A stretch of 64,000 nucleotides of DNA from Pseudomonadota bacterium (GTDB taxonomy: Bacteria; Pseudomonadota; Alphaproteobacteria; GCA-2731375): contig JAQBYC010000005.1 of NCBI GenBank assembly GCA_027623205.1, positions 310-64,309 on the forward strand, given 5' to 3'. Below, one piece after another: positions 46,970 to 57,240 of this stretch (position 1 is the stretch's first letter; every line of letters begins with the position of its first letter). Under the pieces are notes generated by a model. That model made no database searches. It saw nothing but the letters and a program-made list of their open reading frames with translations, and was not told where the DNA came from. Made by a program: the position numbers and the translations under genes.

Positions 46970-48448
46970 TCAGGCATTCCGCGAGGCATCCGGGTCCAGG
47001 GGATAGATTGGCCGGCGCAGGTTCTTGAAGGGGAAGGCGGCGTAGTCCGAACTGCACACGCCGGGACCGGCGAGCAGAACCACGTGTTTGGCGATGGGGC
47101 CGAAACCCGCCCTGAAATGCTGCCGCGACTTGATCAGCACATAACGCTTGGCCGCCGGGTCGATGCCGGCGTGGGTGAAACAGCCCGTATCAAAGGGCTC
47201 GTGGCGCCGTTCGGAAACCACAATATCAACGCTCCCCGCACGCAGCACCGCCGTGCGACCCAAATTCATCGGACTGCCCGTGGCCATGGGACCGGTAACA
47301 ATGAAGCGGCCATCGGTAATGCAGCGCACGCTGCCGCTGACGGTAAGGGGCCGGCCCTGCAGACCCATGGCCGGGCTATCGGTCTTGCCCCCCAGTTGCA
47401 GGGTGACCGCCCCCCCGACGCCGGCATCAATCATCCGATCGACGCTTTCGGGATCCCAGATCGGGCCCGCCGCGACATCTTCCAGACCCAGGCGCAGGAC
47501 CTCCCCCAGCACGTCCATATTGTCCTGCGGCCCGCCGGCGCCGCAATTGTCGCCATGATCCACCAGGATCACCGGTCCGTCAGCCAGCGCCCTGGCCCGT
47601 GCCAGAGAGGTTGCAACCGGTTCGATCTCGAACACGAAATCCGCGCGCCGGCGCCAGGCCTGGTCCATCAATGCGTCCAGCAGGCGGCCGGCGGCTGCGG
47701 CGTCGCCATCGCCAACCACCACGGCGCCCAGACCCACATGGGGAATATCCGCCAGGGGGAAGCCGCCAAAGACCGAAGCGTTCAGCACTTCGCCCGCTGT
47801 TTCGGCCGCCATGGCGCGGTTCATGATGTCCTTCATGGGCTGATCCAGCGGCGTCTGGCGCAGCATATGGGTCAACATGGGCAGCGAATGCCATAACATT
47901 ACCGGGCGCACTTCACCCCGCATGGCCCGGATCAGGGTTTCGCCGGCGCGGCGCCCGGTCTCGGCCATATCGATATGGGGGTAGGTGCAATAGCCGGTAA
48001 TCACGGTCGCATTGGCGATCATCACGGCGGACAGGTTGGCATGGAAATCCAGCGCCACGGCGATGGGTATCTCCGGTGCGATGGCGCGGATACGGCGCAA
48101 CAACTCGCCTTCGCCGTCGTCATGATCCATCGTCACCATGGCGCCATGCAGATCCAGCATGACACCGTCACAGCCCGACCGCACCGCATCGCAGATGGCC
48201 GCCGCCATCTCGTCGAAGGCGGTCTGATCCACCGCGCCGCTGGGATTGGCGTTGGCGATCAGGGGCACCACGTAGTCGGCCCCTTCCCGTTCGGCGATAT
48301 CGATGTAGGCCGCGATCGGATTATTGGTGCCGCGGTAGATCTCCACCGCTTTCGCCCCTGATTTCGGACTGAACGCCCCCAGCGGCGTCGGCAGCGGTGA
48401 AAACGTGTTGGTTTCATGCCGCATGGTGGCCAGAACCAGTCGCATCAC
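46970..48448 (-). CDS. M81 family metallopeptidase (MlrC-like)
   Basis: HETNTFSP, LDLHGAM, DGEGELL, LDFHAN, TYPHID, KSRQHFRAGF. Confidence 0.9.
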   Translation of the reverse strand: MMRLVLATMRHETNTFSPLPTPLGAFSPKSGAKAVEIYRGTNNPIAAYIDIAEREGADYVVPLIANANPSGAVDQTAFDEMAAAICDAVRSGCDGVMLDLHGAMVTMDHDDGEGELLRRIRAIAPEIPIAVALDFHANLSAVMIANATVITGYCTYPHIDMAETGRRAGETLIRAMRGEVRPVMLWHSLPMLTHMLRQTPLDQPMKDIMNRAMAAETAGEVLNASVFGGFPLADIPHVGLGAVVVGDGDAAAAGRLLDALMDQAWRRRADFVFEIEPVATSLARARALADGPVILVDHGDNCGAGGPQDNMDVLGEVLRLGLEDVAAGPIWDPESVDRMIDAGVGGAVTLQLGGKTDSPAMGLQGRPLTVSGSVRCITDGRFIVTGPMATGSPMNLGRTAVLRAGSVDIVVSERRHEPFDTGCFTHAGIDPAAKRYVLIKSRQHFRAGFGPIAKHVVLLAGPGVCSSDYAAFPFKNLRRPIYPLDPDASRNA

Positions 48449-48462
48449 GGAATCCTTATAAT

Positions 48463-49476
48463 CTAACTTCGGCGTTGCGGCGGCACGCCATCGTCGCTGA
48501 CCAGATGACAGGCCACCGCATGACCGGGGCGAATGCTGCGCAAGGGCGGTGTTTCCTGAACGCAGCGCGCCTCGGCAAAGGGACAGCGGGAGGAAAAGCG
48601 GCAGCCGGGCGGCAGATCGATAGGGCTGGGCGGATCACCCTGCAAACGGATTCGGTCAGCCCGCGCCCGCGTCGCGGGATCCGCCGACGGCACCGCCGAC
48701 AGCAAGGCCCAGGTGTAGGGATGCAGCGGCTCGGTAAAGAGCGAAATTCGGTCGGCGTATTCCACGATCTGGCCCAGATACATCACCGCGATCTCGTCGC
48801 ACATATATTGCACCACGCCCAAATCGTGCGAGATGAACAGATAGGTCAGGCCGAATTCGTCCTGCAGCGACCGCAACAGGTTCAAGATCTGGGCCTGGAT
48901 CGCCACGTCCAGGGCCGATACCGGTTCATCACACACCACCAGTTCCGGCTGTGTCGCCAGGGCGCGCGCAACGCCAATGCGCTGGCGTTGGCCGCCGGAG
49001 AATTGATGCGGGAAAAGCGCCTGCTGCTCGGGCCGCAGGCCGACTTTCCTGAACAGGTCGGCAACCCGCCCCTCGCGGTCCGCCGGATCGCCAATATTCA
49101 TCAGGTCCATGGGCTCGCGGACGATGGCGCCCGCCCGCACGCGGGGATTCAACGACGAATAGGGGTCCTGAAAAATGATCTGCATGCGCGTCCTGGCGTG
49201 GCGCAAATCCTCGCCCTCGAGGGCCGCCAGATCGGTATCACCCAGGCGCATGGCGCCGCTGGTAATCGGCGTCAGACGCATTACCGCCATCGCCGTTGTC
49301 GTCTTGCCCGAACCGCTTTCGCCGACGATACCCAAGGTAGTTCCGCGTTTGATCTGAAAAGACACGTCATCAACCGCGTGAACCCGTGACGCCTTGGCAA
49401 AGATATTCTTCCGCGGCAGCCGGAAGTAGACTTTCAGATGCGCGACATCCAGTAGAATATCGTCGTCATCACTCAT
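48463..49476 (-). CDS. Oligopeptide/dipeptide ABC ATPase (OppF/DppF-like)
   Basis: GESGSGKTT, FSGGQRQR, CDEP, HPYT, GCRF..RCP. Confidence 0.92.
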   Translation of the reverse strand: MSDDDDILLDVAHLKVYFRLPRKNIFAKASRVHAVDDVSFQIKRGTTLGIVGESGSGKTTTAMAVMRLTPITSGAMRLGDTDLAALEGEDLRHARTRMQIIFQDPYSSLNPRVRAGAIVREPMDLMNIGDPADREGRVADLFRKVGLRPEQQALFPHQFSGGQRQRIGVARALATQPELVVCDEPVSALDVAIQAQILNLLRSLQDEFGLTYLFISHDLGVVQYMCDEIAVMYLGQIVEYADRISLFTEPLHPYTWALLSAVPSADPATRARADRIRLQGDPPSPIDLPPGCRFSSRCPFAEARCVQETPPLRSIRPGHAVACHLVSDDGVPPQRRS

Positions 49477-50468
49477 GCCGCCGCTTCCCGCTCCGTCAGC
49501 CAGCAGGCGACATCGTGGCCGCTGTCGACGGCCCGCGAGGGGGGCATTTCCGCGCGGCATTTGGCATCGGCATATGGACAACGCGGCGCAAACGCGCAAC
49601 CACTGCCAAGCTGGGAAAGGGCCGGCACCACGCCTGGAATTTCCAGCAACGGCGGGCGCTCCACGGTCGGATTTCTGGTCAGATGCGGAACACAGCGGAT
49701 CAGGCCCTGGGTGTAGGGGTGCCGGGGATCGGTCAGGATCTGCGTCACACCGGCCTGTTCGATGATGCGTCCGGCATACATCACCACGACCCGCTGCGCC
49801 ATTTCCGCGATGGCGCCCATGTCATGGGTGATCATGATGATGGCGGTGCCGGTTTTTTCCTTCAGGTCGTTCAGCAGATCAAATATCTGCGCCTGCACCG
49901 TGACGTCCAGCGCGGTCGTCGGCTCATCGGCGATCAAGACGCGCGGCTTGCAGGCCAGGGCCATGGCGATCATCACCCTTTGCCGCATACCGCCGGACAT
50001 TTGGTGTGGATATTCGTGGATCCGCTTTTCCGCCGCCGGTATACCGACCGCCTGCAGCATCTCCAGCGCCCGCGCCATGGCGTCCGCCCGCGACAGACCT
50101 TCATGCAAGCGCGCCGTTTCGGCGATCTGATTGCCGATGGAATAAACCGGATTCAGGGAGGTCATGGGTTCCTGAAAAATCATCGAAATTTCGTTGCCCC
50201 GCACTTCGCGCATGCGCTGTTCATTGGCTTGTAACAAATCCTCGCCATCCAGCAGGATGCGGCCGCCGGCAATGCGCCCCGGCGGGATCGGCACCAGGCC
50301 CATGATCGACAGCGCGGTCATGCTTTTGCCGCAGCCGGATTCTCCTACGATGCCGAGGGTCTCACCCGTATCCAACGAGATACTGAGGTTGTCGATGACC
50401 TTGGCGATACCATCACGGGTCTTGAACTCGACCCGCAGGCCTTCAACAGAGAGCAACCTTTCAGCCAT
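49473..50468 (-). CDS. Oligopeptide/dipeptide ABC ATPase (OppD/DppD-like)
   Basis: GESGCGKS, FQEPMTSLNP, MSGGMRQR, ADEPTTALD. Confidence 0.92.
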   Translation of the reverse strand: MAERLLSVEGLRVEFKTRDGIAKVIDNLSISLDTGETLGIVGESGCGKSMTALSIMGLVPIPPGRIAGGRILLDGEDLLQANEQRMREVRGNEISMIFQEPMTSLNPVYSIGNQIAETARLHEGLSRADAMARALEMLQAVGIPAAEKRIHEYPHQMSGGMRQRVMIAMALACKPRVLIADEPTTALDVTVQAQIFDLLNDLKEKTGTAIIMITHDMGAIAEMAQRVVVMYAGRIIEQAGVTQILTDPRHPYTQGLIRCVPHLTRNPTVERPPLLEIPGVVPALSQLGSGCAFAPRCPYADAKCRAEMPPSRAVDSGHDVACWLTEREAAA

Positions 50469-50471
50469 CCC

Positions 50472-51371
50472 TCAACGCTCCCTCAGCTTCGGATTGAAGG
50501 CATCGTTCAGGCCGTCGCCAATCAGACTCATGGCCAGCACCGTCAGGAAAATGGCGACGCCGGGAATGGTCACCGTCCAGGGCGCATCCAGCAGATAGTC
50601 GCGATTGTCGCCGATCAGCTTGCCCCAGCTCATCACGTTGGGGTCACTGAGGCCGAGAAAGCTGAGCGCCGCTTCAAACAGAATGGCGATGCCGACCGTC
50701 AACGCCGCGTTGACGATCAGCGGTGGCAAGGCATTCGGCAATATGACCAGCCAGATGATGCGCCGGTCCCGCCCCCCGATGGAACGCGCCGCCTTGACGA
50801 AATCAAGCTCGCGCAGACGCATGAATTCGGCCCGCGCCAGTCGCGCGACACCGGTCCAACTGACGACACCAATGGCAATCGCCACGGTTTCCAGGGTCGG
50901 CGAGAACAGGGCGACCAGAACCATGGCCAGCAGCAGCGGCGGCAGCACCTGGAAAAATTCGGTGATCCGCATCAGGACTTCATCAACCCAGCCGCGGTAG
51001 TAACCAGCCATGGCGCCGATGGACAGACCGATGATGAGCGTAATTGCCGCGGCCGCGCCGCCAACCGCCATGGTTACGCGGGCGCCATAGATGATGGAGA
51101 CAAGCATATCGCGGCCAAGATTATCGGTGCCGAAAAGATGCCCACTCTCACCGGGCGGCAACAGCGGCACATCCACCATCTCGAACGGATCAACGTTCAA
51201 TATCACCGGCGCCAGCAATGCGGCGGCAACGATCACGACAAAGACCAACAGGCCGGCCACCGCCGCGTAGTTGCGCATATACATGGTGACGAACTGCCGG
51301 AACGGATGCTCGACGGGGGTTTCCGGCATCTCGTCGATCTGGCGGGATTGGGTATTGTCGCTGTCTGTCAT
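50472..51371 (-). CDS. Peptide ABC permease (OppC/DppC-like)
   Basis: FGTDNLGRD, FVKAARSIG, LSFLGL, GDGLNDAFNP. Confidence 0.92.
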   Translation of the reverse strand: MTDSDNTQSRQIDEMPETPVEHPFRQFVTMYMRNYAAVAGLLVFVVIVAAALLAPVILNVDPFEMVDVPLLPPGESGHLFGTDNLGRDMLVSIIYGARVTMAVGGAAAAITLIIGLSIGAMAGYYRGWVDEVLMRITEFFQVLPPLLLAMVLVALFSPTLETVAIAIGVVSWTGVARLARAEFMRLRELDFVKAARSIGGRDRRIIWLVILPNALPPLIVNAALTVGIAILFEAALSFLGLSDPNVMSWGKLIGDNRDYLLDAPWTVTIPGVAIFLTVLAMSLIGDGLNDAFNPKLRER

Positions 51372-51382
51372 GCAGCCGCCCC

Positions 51383-52366
51383 CTAGGCCGTGTTCGAGAG
51401 GCGGATACGCGGATCGATGATCCGGTAAGCCAGGTCAGTCAATAGATTGAACACGATCACCACGAAGGCGGAGAAAAATAAAATCCCCATGATGGTCGGT
51501 GTATCGCCGCGCAGGATAGATTCGAATGCCAGCGTCCCCAGGCCGGGCCAGCTGAACACGGTCTCGATAACCACCGCGCCCGAAAAGATGTGCGAGAACT
51601 GCAGCCCGGCGATGGTGATCACCGGAATGACCGCATTTCGCAGGGCATGCTTGTAGATGATCATCCGCTGGCCCAGGCCCTTGGCCCGCGCCGTGCGAAT
51701 ATAGTCGGAACCCAGGATATCCATCATGCTGGCCCGCGCCAGACGGCTGTATTGCGCCAGATAGATCGACGACAAGGATACCACCGGCAGGAACAGATGA
51801 TGCGCCACATCCAGGTACCATTTCCAGGTACCGGTCTCGCTCAACGGTTCCGCCAGCCCCGATAGCGGCATTATCTGCAGGATCGAAACAAACAGGATGA
51901 TCAACAGGAATGCGGTCCAGAAGACCGGCGCGGAAAATCCGATCAACGCCAGGATGGTAATGAAATGGCTGAATATGCCATTGGGGCGCTGCGCCGCGAT
52001 GACCCCAAACAAAGTGCCCGCAAAGATGGCCAGCAACAAAGCCGTAACCACCAGCAGCAGGGTTGGACCAAGGCGCCCCAGGATCAGGTCAAGCACCGGC
52101 GCGTTGAAATAATAGGAACTGCCCAAATCACCCTGCAGGACTTTGCCGACATAGGTCAGCAATTGCACGTGAAAGGGCTGGTCCAGACCATAACTGCGAC
52201 GGATTTCCGCCATCAATTCGGCGGAAGCGCCACCGCTTTCACCGGCAATGGTTTCGGCGATATCGCCGGGCACCAGATACAGCAAAACGAAATTGAAAAC
52301 GATAACCGCCAATAACAGCAGGAATGCATACAGGAAGCGCCGCGCCACGACGGTCAGAAACTGCAT
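51383..52366 (-). CDS. Peptide ABC permease (OppB/DppB-like)
   Basis: YGLDQP, GDLGSS, YIRTARAKG, KHALRNA, ETVFSWPG. Confidence 0.92.
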   Translation of the reverse strand: MQFLTVVARRFLYAFLLLLAVIVFNFVLLYLVPGDIAETIAGESGGASAELMAEIRRSYGLDQPFHVQLLTYVGKVLQGDLGSSYYFNAPVLDLILGRLGPTLLLVVTALLLAIFAGTLFGVIAAQRPNGIFSHFITILALIGFSAPVFWTAFLLIILFVSILQIMPLSGLAEPLSETGTWKWYLDVAHHLFLPVVSLSSIYLAQYSRLARASMMDILGSDYIRTARAKGLGQRMIIYKHALRNAVIPVITIAGLQFSHIFSGAVVIETVFSWPGLGTLAFESILRGDTPTIMGILFFSAFVVIVFNLLTDLAYRIIDPRIRLSNTA

Positions 52367-52394
52367 CTATCAGCCTTCCCAATCAACCGCGGCA

Positions 52395-52429
52395 CGGCGG
52401 AATGGGGTTCGAATACCGCCATTCCGCCG
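52395..52429 (-). terminator. Intercistronic hairpin after the SBP gene (mRNA stabiliser/attenuator)
   Basis: Perfect 11-bp inverted repeat CGGCGGAATGG / CCATTCCGCCG; no clear U-tract. Confidence 0.5.
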
Positions 52430-52452
52430 CTCACGGTTCCCAATTCCGCTGA

Positions 52453-54045
52453 CTATTTTATATAGACGTTGTCCATCGGCGAGGACGTGCCCCAGATGGA
52501 ATCGATCGGCGGATTCCCCACCCGTTCGTTGTTGTAAATGGTGTGATAGGGCGAGGCATTGATGTAAATAACAGGCGCCTCCTCCACGACCATTTTCTGC
52601 ATATCCGCATACAACGCTTTGCGTTTATCCAGATTGATTTCCAGGCCCGCCTTCATCATCACCGCATCCACATCAGCGTTGCGAAACTGTTGCGTATTAT
52701 GCCACGGCACACCCTCGCGGATGTTGGAGGACTGATAAGTGCGATGCACGCCGATCACCGGATCGCCCCAGTTGAACACCGAATCCAGGGTCATGTCGAA
52801 ATCATGCCCGGCAACGGTCTTGATCCAGGAACGGAAATCCGACGATGCCTTCAAGGTCACGTCGATGCCGATTTTCTTCAACTGCGCCTTGGTAATTTCC
52901 GACCAGCGTTTCCAGGTTGCGCCGCCGGGAATGAAGTTCAGCGTGGTTTTGAAGCGAATGCCGTCGGCATCCGGATTGAGGCCGGCCGCGTCCAGCAGGG
53001 CCTTGGCCCTGTCCAGATCATAATCGTACAGATTGACGTCGGCCGAATAGAACGCGCTGCCCGGATGGATCGGCCCTGTCGCCCGTTGGGCGAAGCCGGC
53101 GTAGAGGATCTTGATCAACAGCTCCTTGTCCAGCGCATAGCCAATCGCCTGGCGGACACGCTTGTCGTCGAAGGGCTTCCTTGCCGTGTTGAAGGCCAGC
53201 CAGTTCAACGGACCGATGGCCGAATAACCTTCCGGCGTCAGGGTCAGATGCTTGCTCTTTTTCAGCCGCGTCAGTTCCTGCGGGTCCGAGGCAAAGGCAG
53301 TGATGTCCGCCTTGCCGGTCTCCAGCGCGATAATACGGGAGGTGGATTCAGCCATCTTCTTGAACACGATGAAATCCAGATAAGGCCGGCCTTTCAGGAA
53401 GAAATCATCGAAGCGCTCCATGATGATGTACTCGCCGGGCTTGAACTCCTTCAGCTTGAAGGGGCCGGAACCGACAATGTCCTGGCTGTTGCGCGGATTC
53501 TTTCGAATGTCGCCTTCGCCATAAATATGCTTGGGAATGACCACGCCAAGCTGCGACGACATCGCCAGTTCAATGGCCGGATGCGGCGCGCTCAGATGGA
53601 TAATCGCGGTCAACTTGTCCGGCGTCGTGACTTTGGTCACCGGCGCATACATGGTCTTGAACGGGTGGTTGGCCTTGATCGTTTCAATGGAGAAGGCAAC
53701 ATCTTCCGAGGTGATGGGATGACCATCATGAAATTTGGCGTTCTCGCGCAAATTGACGGTCACCGACAAGCCGTCATCCGAGATGCTCCAGCTTTTCGCG
53801 AGATAGGGCTGTGGCCGCCATTGGTCGTCATAGCGCAGCAGGGCGGCAAACAGTTGCGTGCCCGGAATGCCCGTTGGCGTGCCGGAAGCAATCGCCGGGT
53901 TAAAGTGGCCGGCGATAATTCGATAAATGAACGTCAGCGTACCGCCTTGTTTCGGCTCTGACAGGGCCGGTGATACGGCAAACGCCGCCGCGACCAAAAG
54001 CGCGGCCACACCGGCTGCTATCCTTGAATGCGTTCTCATCAGCAA
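52453..54045 (-). CDS. Peptide/nickel ABC substrate-binding protein (SBP family 5)
   Basis: Signal peptide; PYLAKSW, KFHDGHPITSEDVAFS, GSGPFKL, KRVRQAI. Confidence 0.92.
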   Translation of the reverse strand: MLMRTHSRIAAGVAALLVAAAFAVSPALSEPKQGGTLTFIYRIIAGHFNPAIASGTPTGIPGTQLFAALLRYDDQWRPQPYLAKSWSISDDGLSVTVNLRENAKFHDGHPITSEDVAFSIETIKANHPFKTMYAPVTKVTTPDKLTAIIHLSAPHPAIELAMSSQLGVVIPKHIYGEGDIRKNPRNSQDIVGSGPFKLKEFKPGEYIIMERFDDFFLKGRPYLDFIVFKKMAESTSRIIALETGKADITAFASDPQELTRLKKSKHLTLTPEGYSAIGPLNWLAFNTARKPFDDKRVRQAIGYALDKELLIKILYAGFAQRATGPIHPGSAFYSADVNLYDYDLDRAKALLDAAGLNPDADGIRFKTTLNFIPGGATWKRWSEITKAQLKKIGIDVTLKASSDFRSWIKTVAGHDFDMTLDSVFNWGDPVIGVHRTYQSSNIREGVPWHNTQQFRNADVDAVMMKAGLEINLDKRKALYADMQKMVVEEAPVIYINASPYHTIYNNERVGNPPIDSIWGTSSPMDNVYIK

Positions 54046-54235
54046 TCTCCCTGAGATGAGGTTTATTCACCCGGACGGTTCATCCGCCCTAGAACAGCCA
54101 AAACGATAGACTGTTGCCTCCCGCATGAGAAGGTAAAAACGGAATTGCGGCAAAGCCAGCTGATACGCAATTGCCTGTTACCGGACCACGGAACCGGTTA
54201 GCCTGTCTGGCAAACATCATTCGGGAGACAGAAAA

Positions 54236-55051
54236 ATGGCAACGGAATTCGCACCTGACGATCAACAACTGGATGGCAAAACCGCCATCGTAAGCGGCGC
54301 CGGGGCGTTGGAAGGCGGCATCGGCAATGGCCGCGCCGCCGCCATTCTGCTGGCCCGGGCCGGCGCGCGCATTCTGGCGGTGGACCGCGATCTCGACCGC
54401 GCGGCGGAAACCGCCGCGATGATTGAGGCGGAGGGCGGTGAGGCCCTGGCCCATGCCGCGGACATGACGAACGAAGCCGACTGCAAGGCCGTGGCGGAAC
54501 TGGCCATGGAAAAATTCGGCCGCGTGGACGTCCTGGACAACAACGTCGGCATCGGCAGTTCCGGCACCGTGGTCGACGAGGTGGTGGAGGTTTGGGAGCG
54601 GGTCATGCGGGTCAACGTGCAGAGCATGTTCCTGGCCGCCAAGTTCGCCATACCGGCCATGATCGCCAGCGGCGGAGGTGGCGCCATCGTCAATGTCTCC
54701 TCCATCTCGGCCCTGCGGCCGCGCGGTCTGACCGCCTATTCGGCCTCCAAGGGCGCCGTAATTTCGCTCACCCGCGCCATGGCGATCGACCATGCCCCCG
54801 ACGGCATCCGGGCCAACTGCATCGCGCCGGGGCCGGTCTATACCCCCATGGTTTATGGCCGCGGCATGTCCGACGCGGCGCGGGCCCTGCGGCGGCAAGC
54901 CTCGCCCCTGGGGATCGAAGGCACGGGCTGGGATATCGGCAACGCGGTGGTGTTTCTGTCTTCGGCACGGGCCCGCTATATCACCGGGCAGACCCTGGTC
55001 GTCGATGGCGGCATCACCGTCTCCGGCCCCGCCCGCGACCCCAACGTTTAA
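54236..55051 (+). CDS. SDR family oxidoreductase
   Basis: GIGNGRA, NNVGI, YSASK. Confidence 0.9.
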   Translation: MATEFAPDDQQLDGKTAIVSGAGALEGGIGNGRAAAILLARAGARILAVDRDLDRAAETAAMIEAEGGEALAHAADMTNEADCKAVAELAMEKFGRVDVLDNNVGIGSSGTVVDEVVEVWERVMRVNVQSMFLAAKFAIPAMIASGGGGAIVNVSSISALRPRGLTAYSASKGAVISLTRAMAIDHAPDGIRANCIAPGPVYTPMVYGRGMSDAARALRRQASPLGIEGTGWDIGNAVVFLSSARARYITGQTLVVDGGITVSGPARDPNV

Positions 55052-55072
55052 ATTCAAGGAGCAACTGTTGCC

Positions 55073-55618
55073 ATGGCACGCATCCCCTATCTCGACGCCG
55101 AGGATCTGGCCGAGGAAGACCGCGATCTGCTGAAGCGGACCATCAACCTGCACCGCGCCCTGGTCAACAGCCCCGGGGCGGCGCGCAATTTCGGCCATCT
55201 GGGCAGTTATATCCGCTTCGGCTCGAACCTGGACCCCCGGCTGCGGGAACTGGCCATTTTGCAGGTCGGCTATCTGACCAAAAGCGAATATGAATACAGC
55301 CATCATATCAAAATCGGCCGTGATTTTGGCGTCACCGACGACGATATCCGCGCCATGATAACCGAGACCGAGGGCCGGAACAGCGGCCTGCCCCGCCTGG
55401 ACCGCGCCGTTCTGCGCGCGGCGCGGGAAATGACCGAGGATGGCAAGATTTCCGATGCCACCTTCGCCAGGCTGGACGAGAGCCTCAGCCCGGAACTGCT
55501 GGTCGACCTGACCGTCGTCATCGCCTTTTACAACGCGGTGGTGCGCGTCCTGGGCACCCTGGAGATCGACGTGGAGGACAGTTACGCGCCGTTTCTCGAG
55601 GAATTCCCTCTGCCCTGA
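55073..55618 (+). CDS. Carboxymuconolactone decarboxylase/AhpD-like protein
   Basis: LDPRLRELAILQVG....YEYSHH, IAFYN. Confidence 0.82.
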   Translation: MARIPYLDAEDLAEEDRDLLKRTINLHRALVNSPGAARNFGHLGSYIRFGSNLDPRLRELAILQVGYLTKSEYEYSHHIKIGRDFGVTDDDIRAMITETEGRNSGLPRLDRAVLRAAREMTEDGKISDATFARLDESLSPELLVDLTVVIAFYNAVVRVLGTLEIDVEDSYAPFLEEFPLP

Positions 55619-55649
55619 CATCTGTTTTCGGTATTCATGGACTGGAGCC

Positions 55650-57164
55650 TCAGCGCTGCCTGATCCTGATGAACAGCATCAACGGCAGCGAGGCGATGCA
55701 GGCGAGGGTGTACATCACAAAGGCGTTTGTGTAACCGATCAGGGTCGCCTGACGACCGATCTCGCCAGCCAGCGCGCCCAGTCCACTTGTCGACTCGATG
55801 CTCCACAGCCCGCGTATACTGGCAAAGGAGAAAGCCTCGTTGAACGGGCTGACGGCCTCGGTGATCTCCGCATAGGCGACGGAACCGGTGCGCACCACCG
55901 TCAGAACACTCAGGGAGATGAAGATGCTGCTGCCGAAATTGCGCAGCAGATGGAAGATTGCCGAAGCGTCCGGCAACAGCCGGTCCGGCAGGGTGGCGAA
56001 GGTAACCACCGACAACGGCACCCACATCAGGCCGCAGCCGAAGCCCTGGATAACACCGATCCAACCAACCGCGAAGGCCGAAATATTGAAGTCGAAGGCG
56101 GCGGTCTGCCAGCCACTGAGGCCGATCAGCCCGAGGCCAAGGACGATACCGATGCGCGGATCGAGACGGCCCATGCGCGAGGCGGCGAGAAAGCCCAGCA
56201 CCATGCCGGCGCCACGCGTCCCCAGCAGGGTACCGATCAGGCTGTCGGGAAAACCCATCAGGTCATGCAGCAGCGGGGGCAGCAGCACCAGCGGCGTCAA
56301 ATTCAGCATGCCGTAAACGAAAACCAGGAACAGGCCGACCGAGAAGTTGCGGTCACGAAATAGCGCCGGACTGATAAACGGCTTGCTCGCCGTGGCCGTG
56401 TGCACCACGAACAGGTAAAAGGCGAGGCCCATGACGATCGCCAGCAGCAAGATCAGGTTCGATTCAAACCAATCCAGCCGCTGGCCGCGGTCCATGATGA
56501 ACTGCAAGGCGCTGACCGCCAGCGACAGCAATATAAAGCCGGTCCAGTCGAGCCGGGTGCCAGCCTGCCTGCCGCCGTCGCGGATGAAGGCAAGCACACC
56601 CAGCAACGCAAGCACGCACAGCGGCAGGATCAGCAGAAATATCCAGCGCCAGCCGTATTCCTCGGCCAGGTAGCCGCCCAGCATCGGCGCGATTGCCGGG
56701 CCGATCACCACCGACATGCCGAAGACGCCCTGGGCCATCGCCCGTTGCCCCGGCGGATAGTTCGCAACGATGATCGCCTGCGCCAGGGGCACCAGCGGCG
56801 CGCCCAACGCGCCCTGGCCGATCCGATAAACCAGCAATGGCGGCAGCGTTGTAGCGGTGGCGCAGAGCAGGGAAAAAAGCGAAAACCCGGCGACCGACCA
56901 GATCAGCACCTGGCGCTGGCCAAACCGCGCCACCATCCAGCCGGTCATGGGCGTCACCACCGCCGTCGCCACCACATTCAGCGTGACCACCCAGGACACC
57001 TGGTCCGGCGTCGCCGACAACGCACCCTGCAATTGCGGCAGCGCCACGTTGACGATGGTCATGGTCAAGGCATAGAGCATGGTGCACAGCGAGACCGTGA
57101 TCAAAACGATCACGCGGTTGGCCGCCGTGGCATTGGGGATTTTGGCTGCCTGGCTCGCGCTCAT
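55650..57164 (-). CDS. DHA2 family MFS efflux permease (EmrB-like)
   Basis: TIVNVALPQLQG, GPAIAPMLGG, LFRDRNF, RNFGSS; 14 TM. Confidence 0.9.
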   Translation of the reverse strand: MSASQAAKIPNATAANRVIVLITVSLCTMLYALTMTIVNVALPQLQGALSATPDQVSWVVTLNVVATAVVTPMTGWMVARFGQRQVLIWSVAGFSLFSLLCATATTLPPLLVYRIGQGALGAPLVPLAQAIIVANYPPGQRAMAQGVFGMSVVIGPAIAPMLGGYLAEEYGWRWIFLLILPLCVLALLGVLAFIRDGGRQAGTRLDWTGFILLSLAVSALQFIMDRGQRLDWFESNLILLLAIVMGLAFYLFVVHTATASKPFISPALFRDRNFSVGLFLVFVYGMLNLTPLVLLPPLLHDLMGFPDSLIGTLLGTRGAGMVLGFLAASRMGRLDPRIGIVLGLGLIGLSGWQTAAFDFNISAFAVGWIGVIQGFGCGLMWVPLSVVTFATLPDRLLPDASAIFHLLRNFGSSIFISLSVLTVVRTGSVAYAEITEAVSPFNEAFSFASIRGLWSIESTSGLGALAGEIGRQATLIGYTNAFVMYTLACIASLPLMLFIRIRQR

Positions 57165-57240
57165 GGCGCAATTCTAGACCATTTTCGGGTCCGGCTGAAA
57201 CAGCCGCTTACTGGACGGATGCCCGAGCGAAGATAGAACC

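Noticed and set aside
46970-54045. MlrC-like peptidase plus peptide ABC operon as a microcystin-degradation cluster
   Set aside because: No mlrA/mlrB/mlrD; M81 peptidases beside peptide ABC importers are common.
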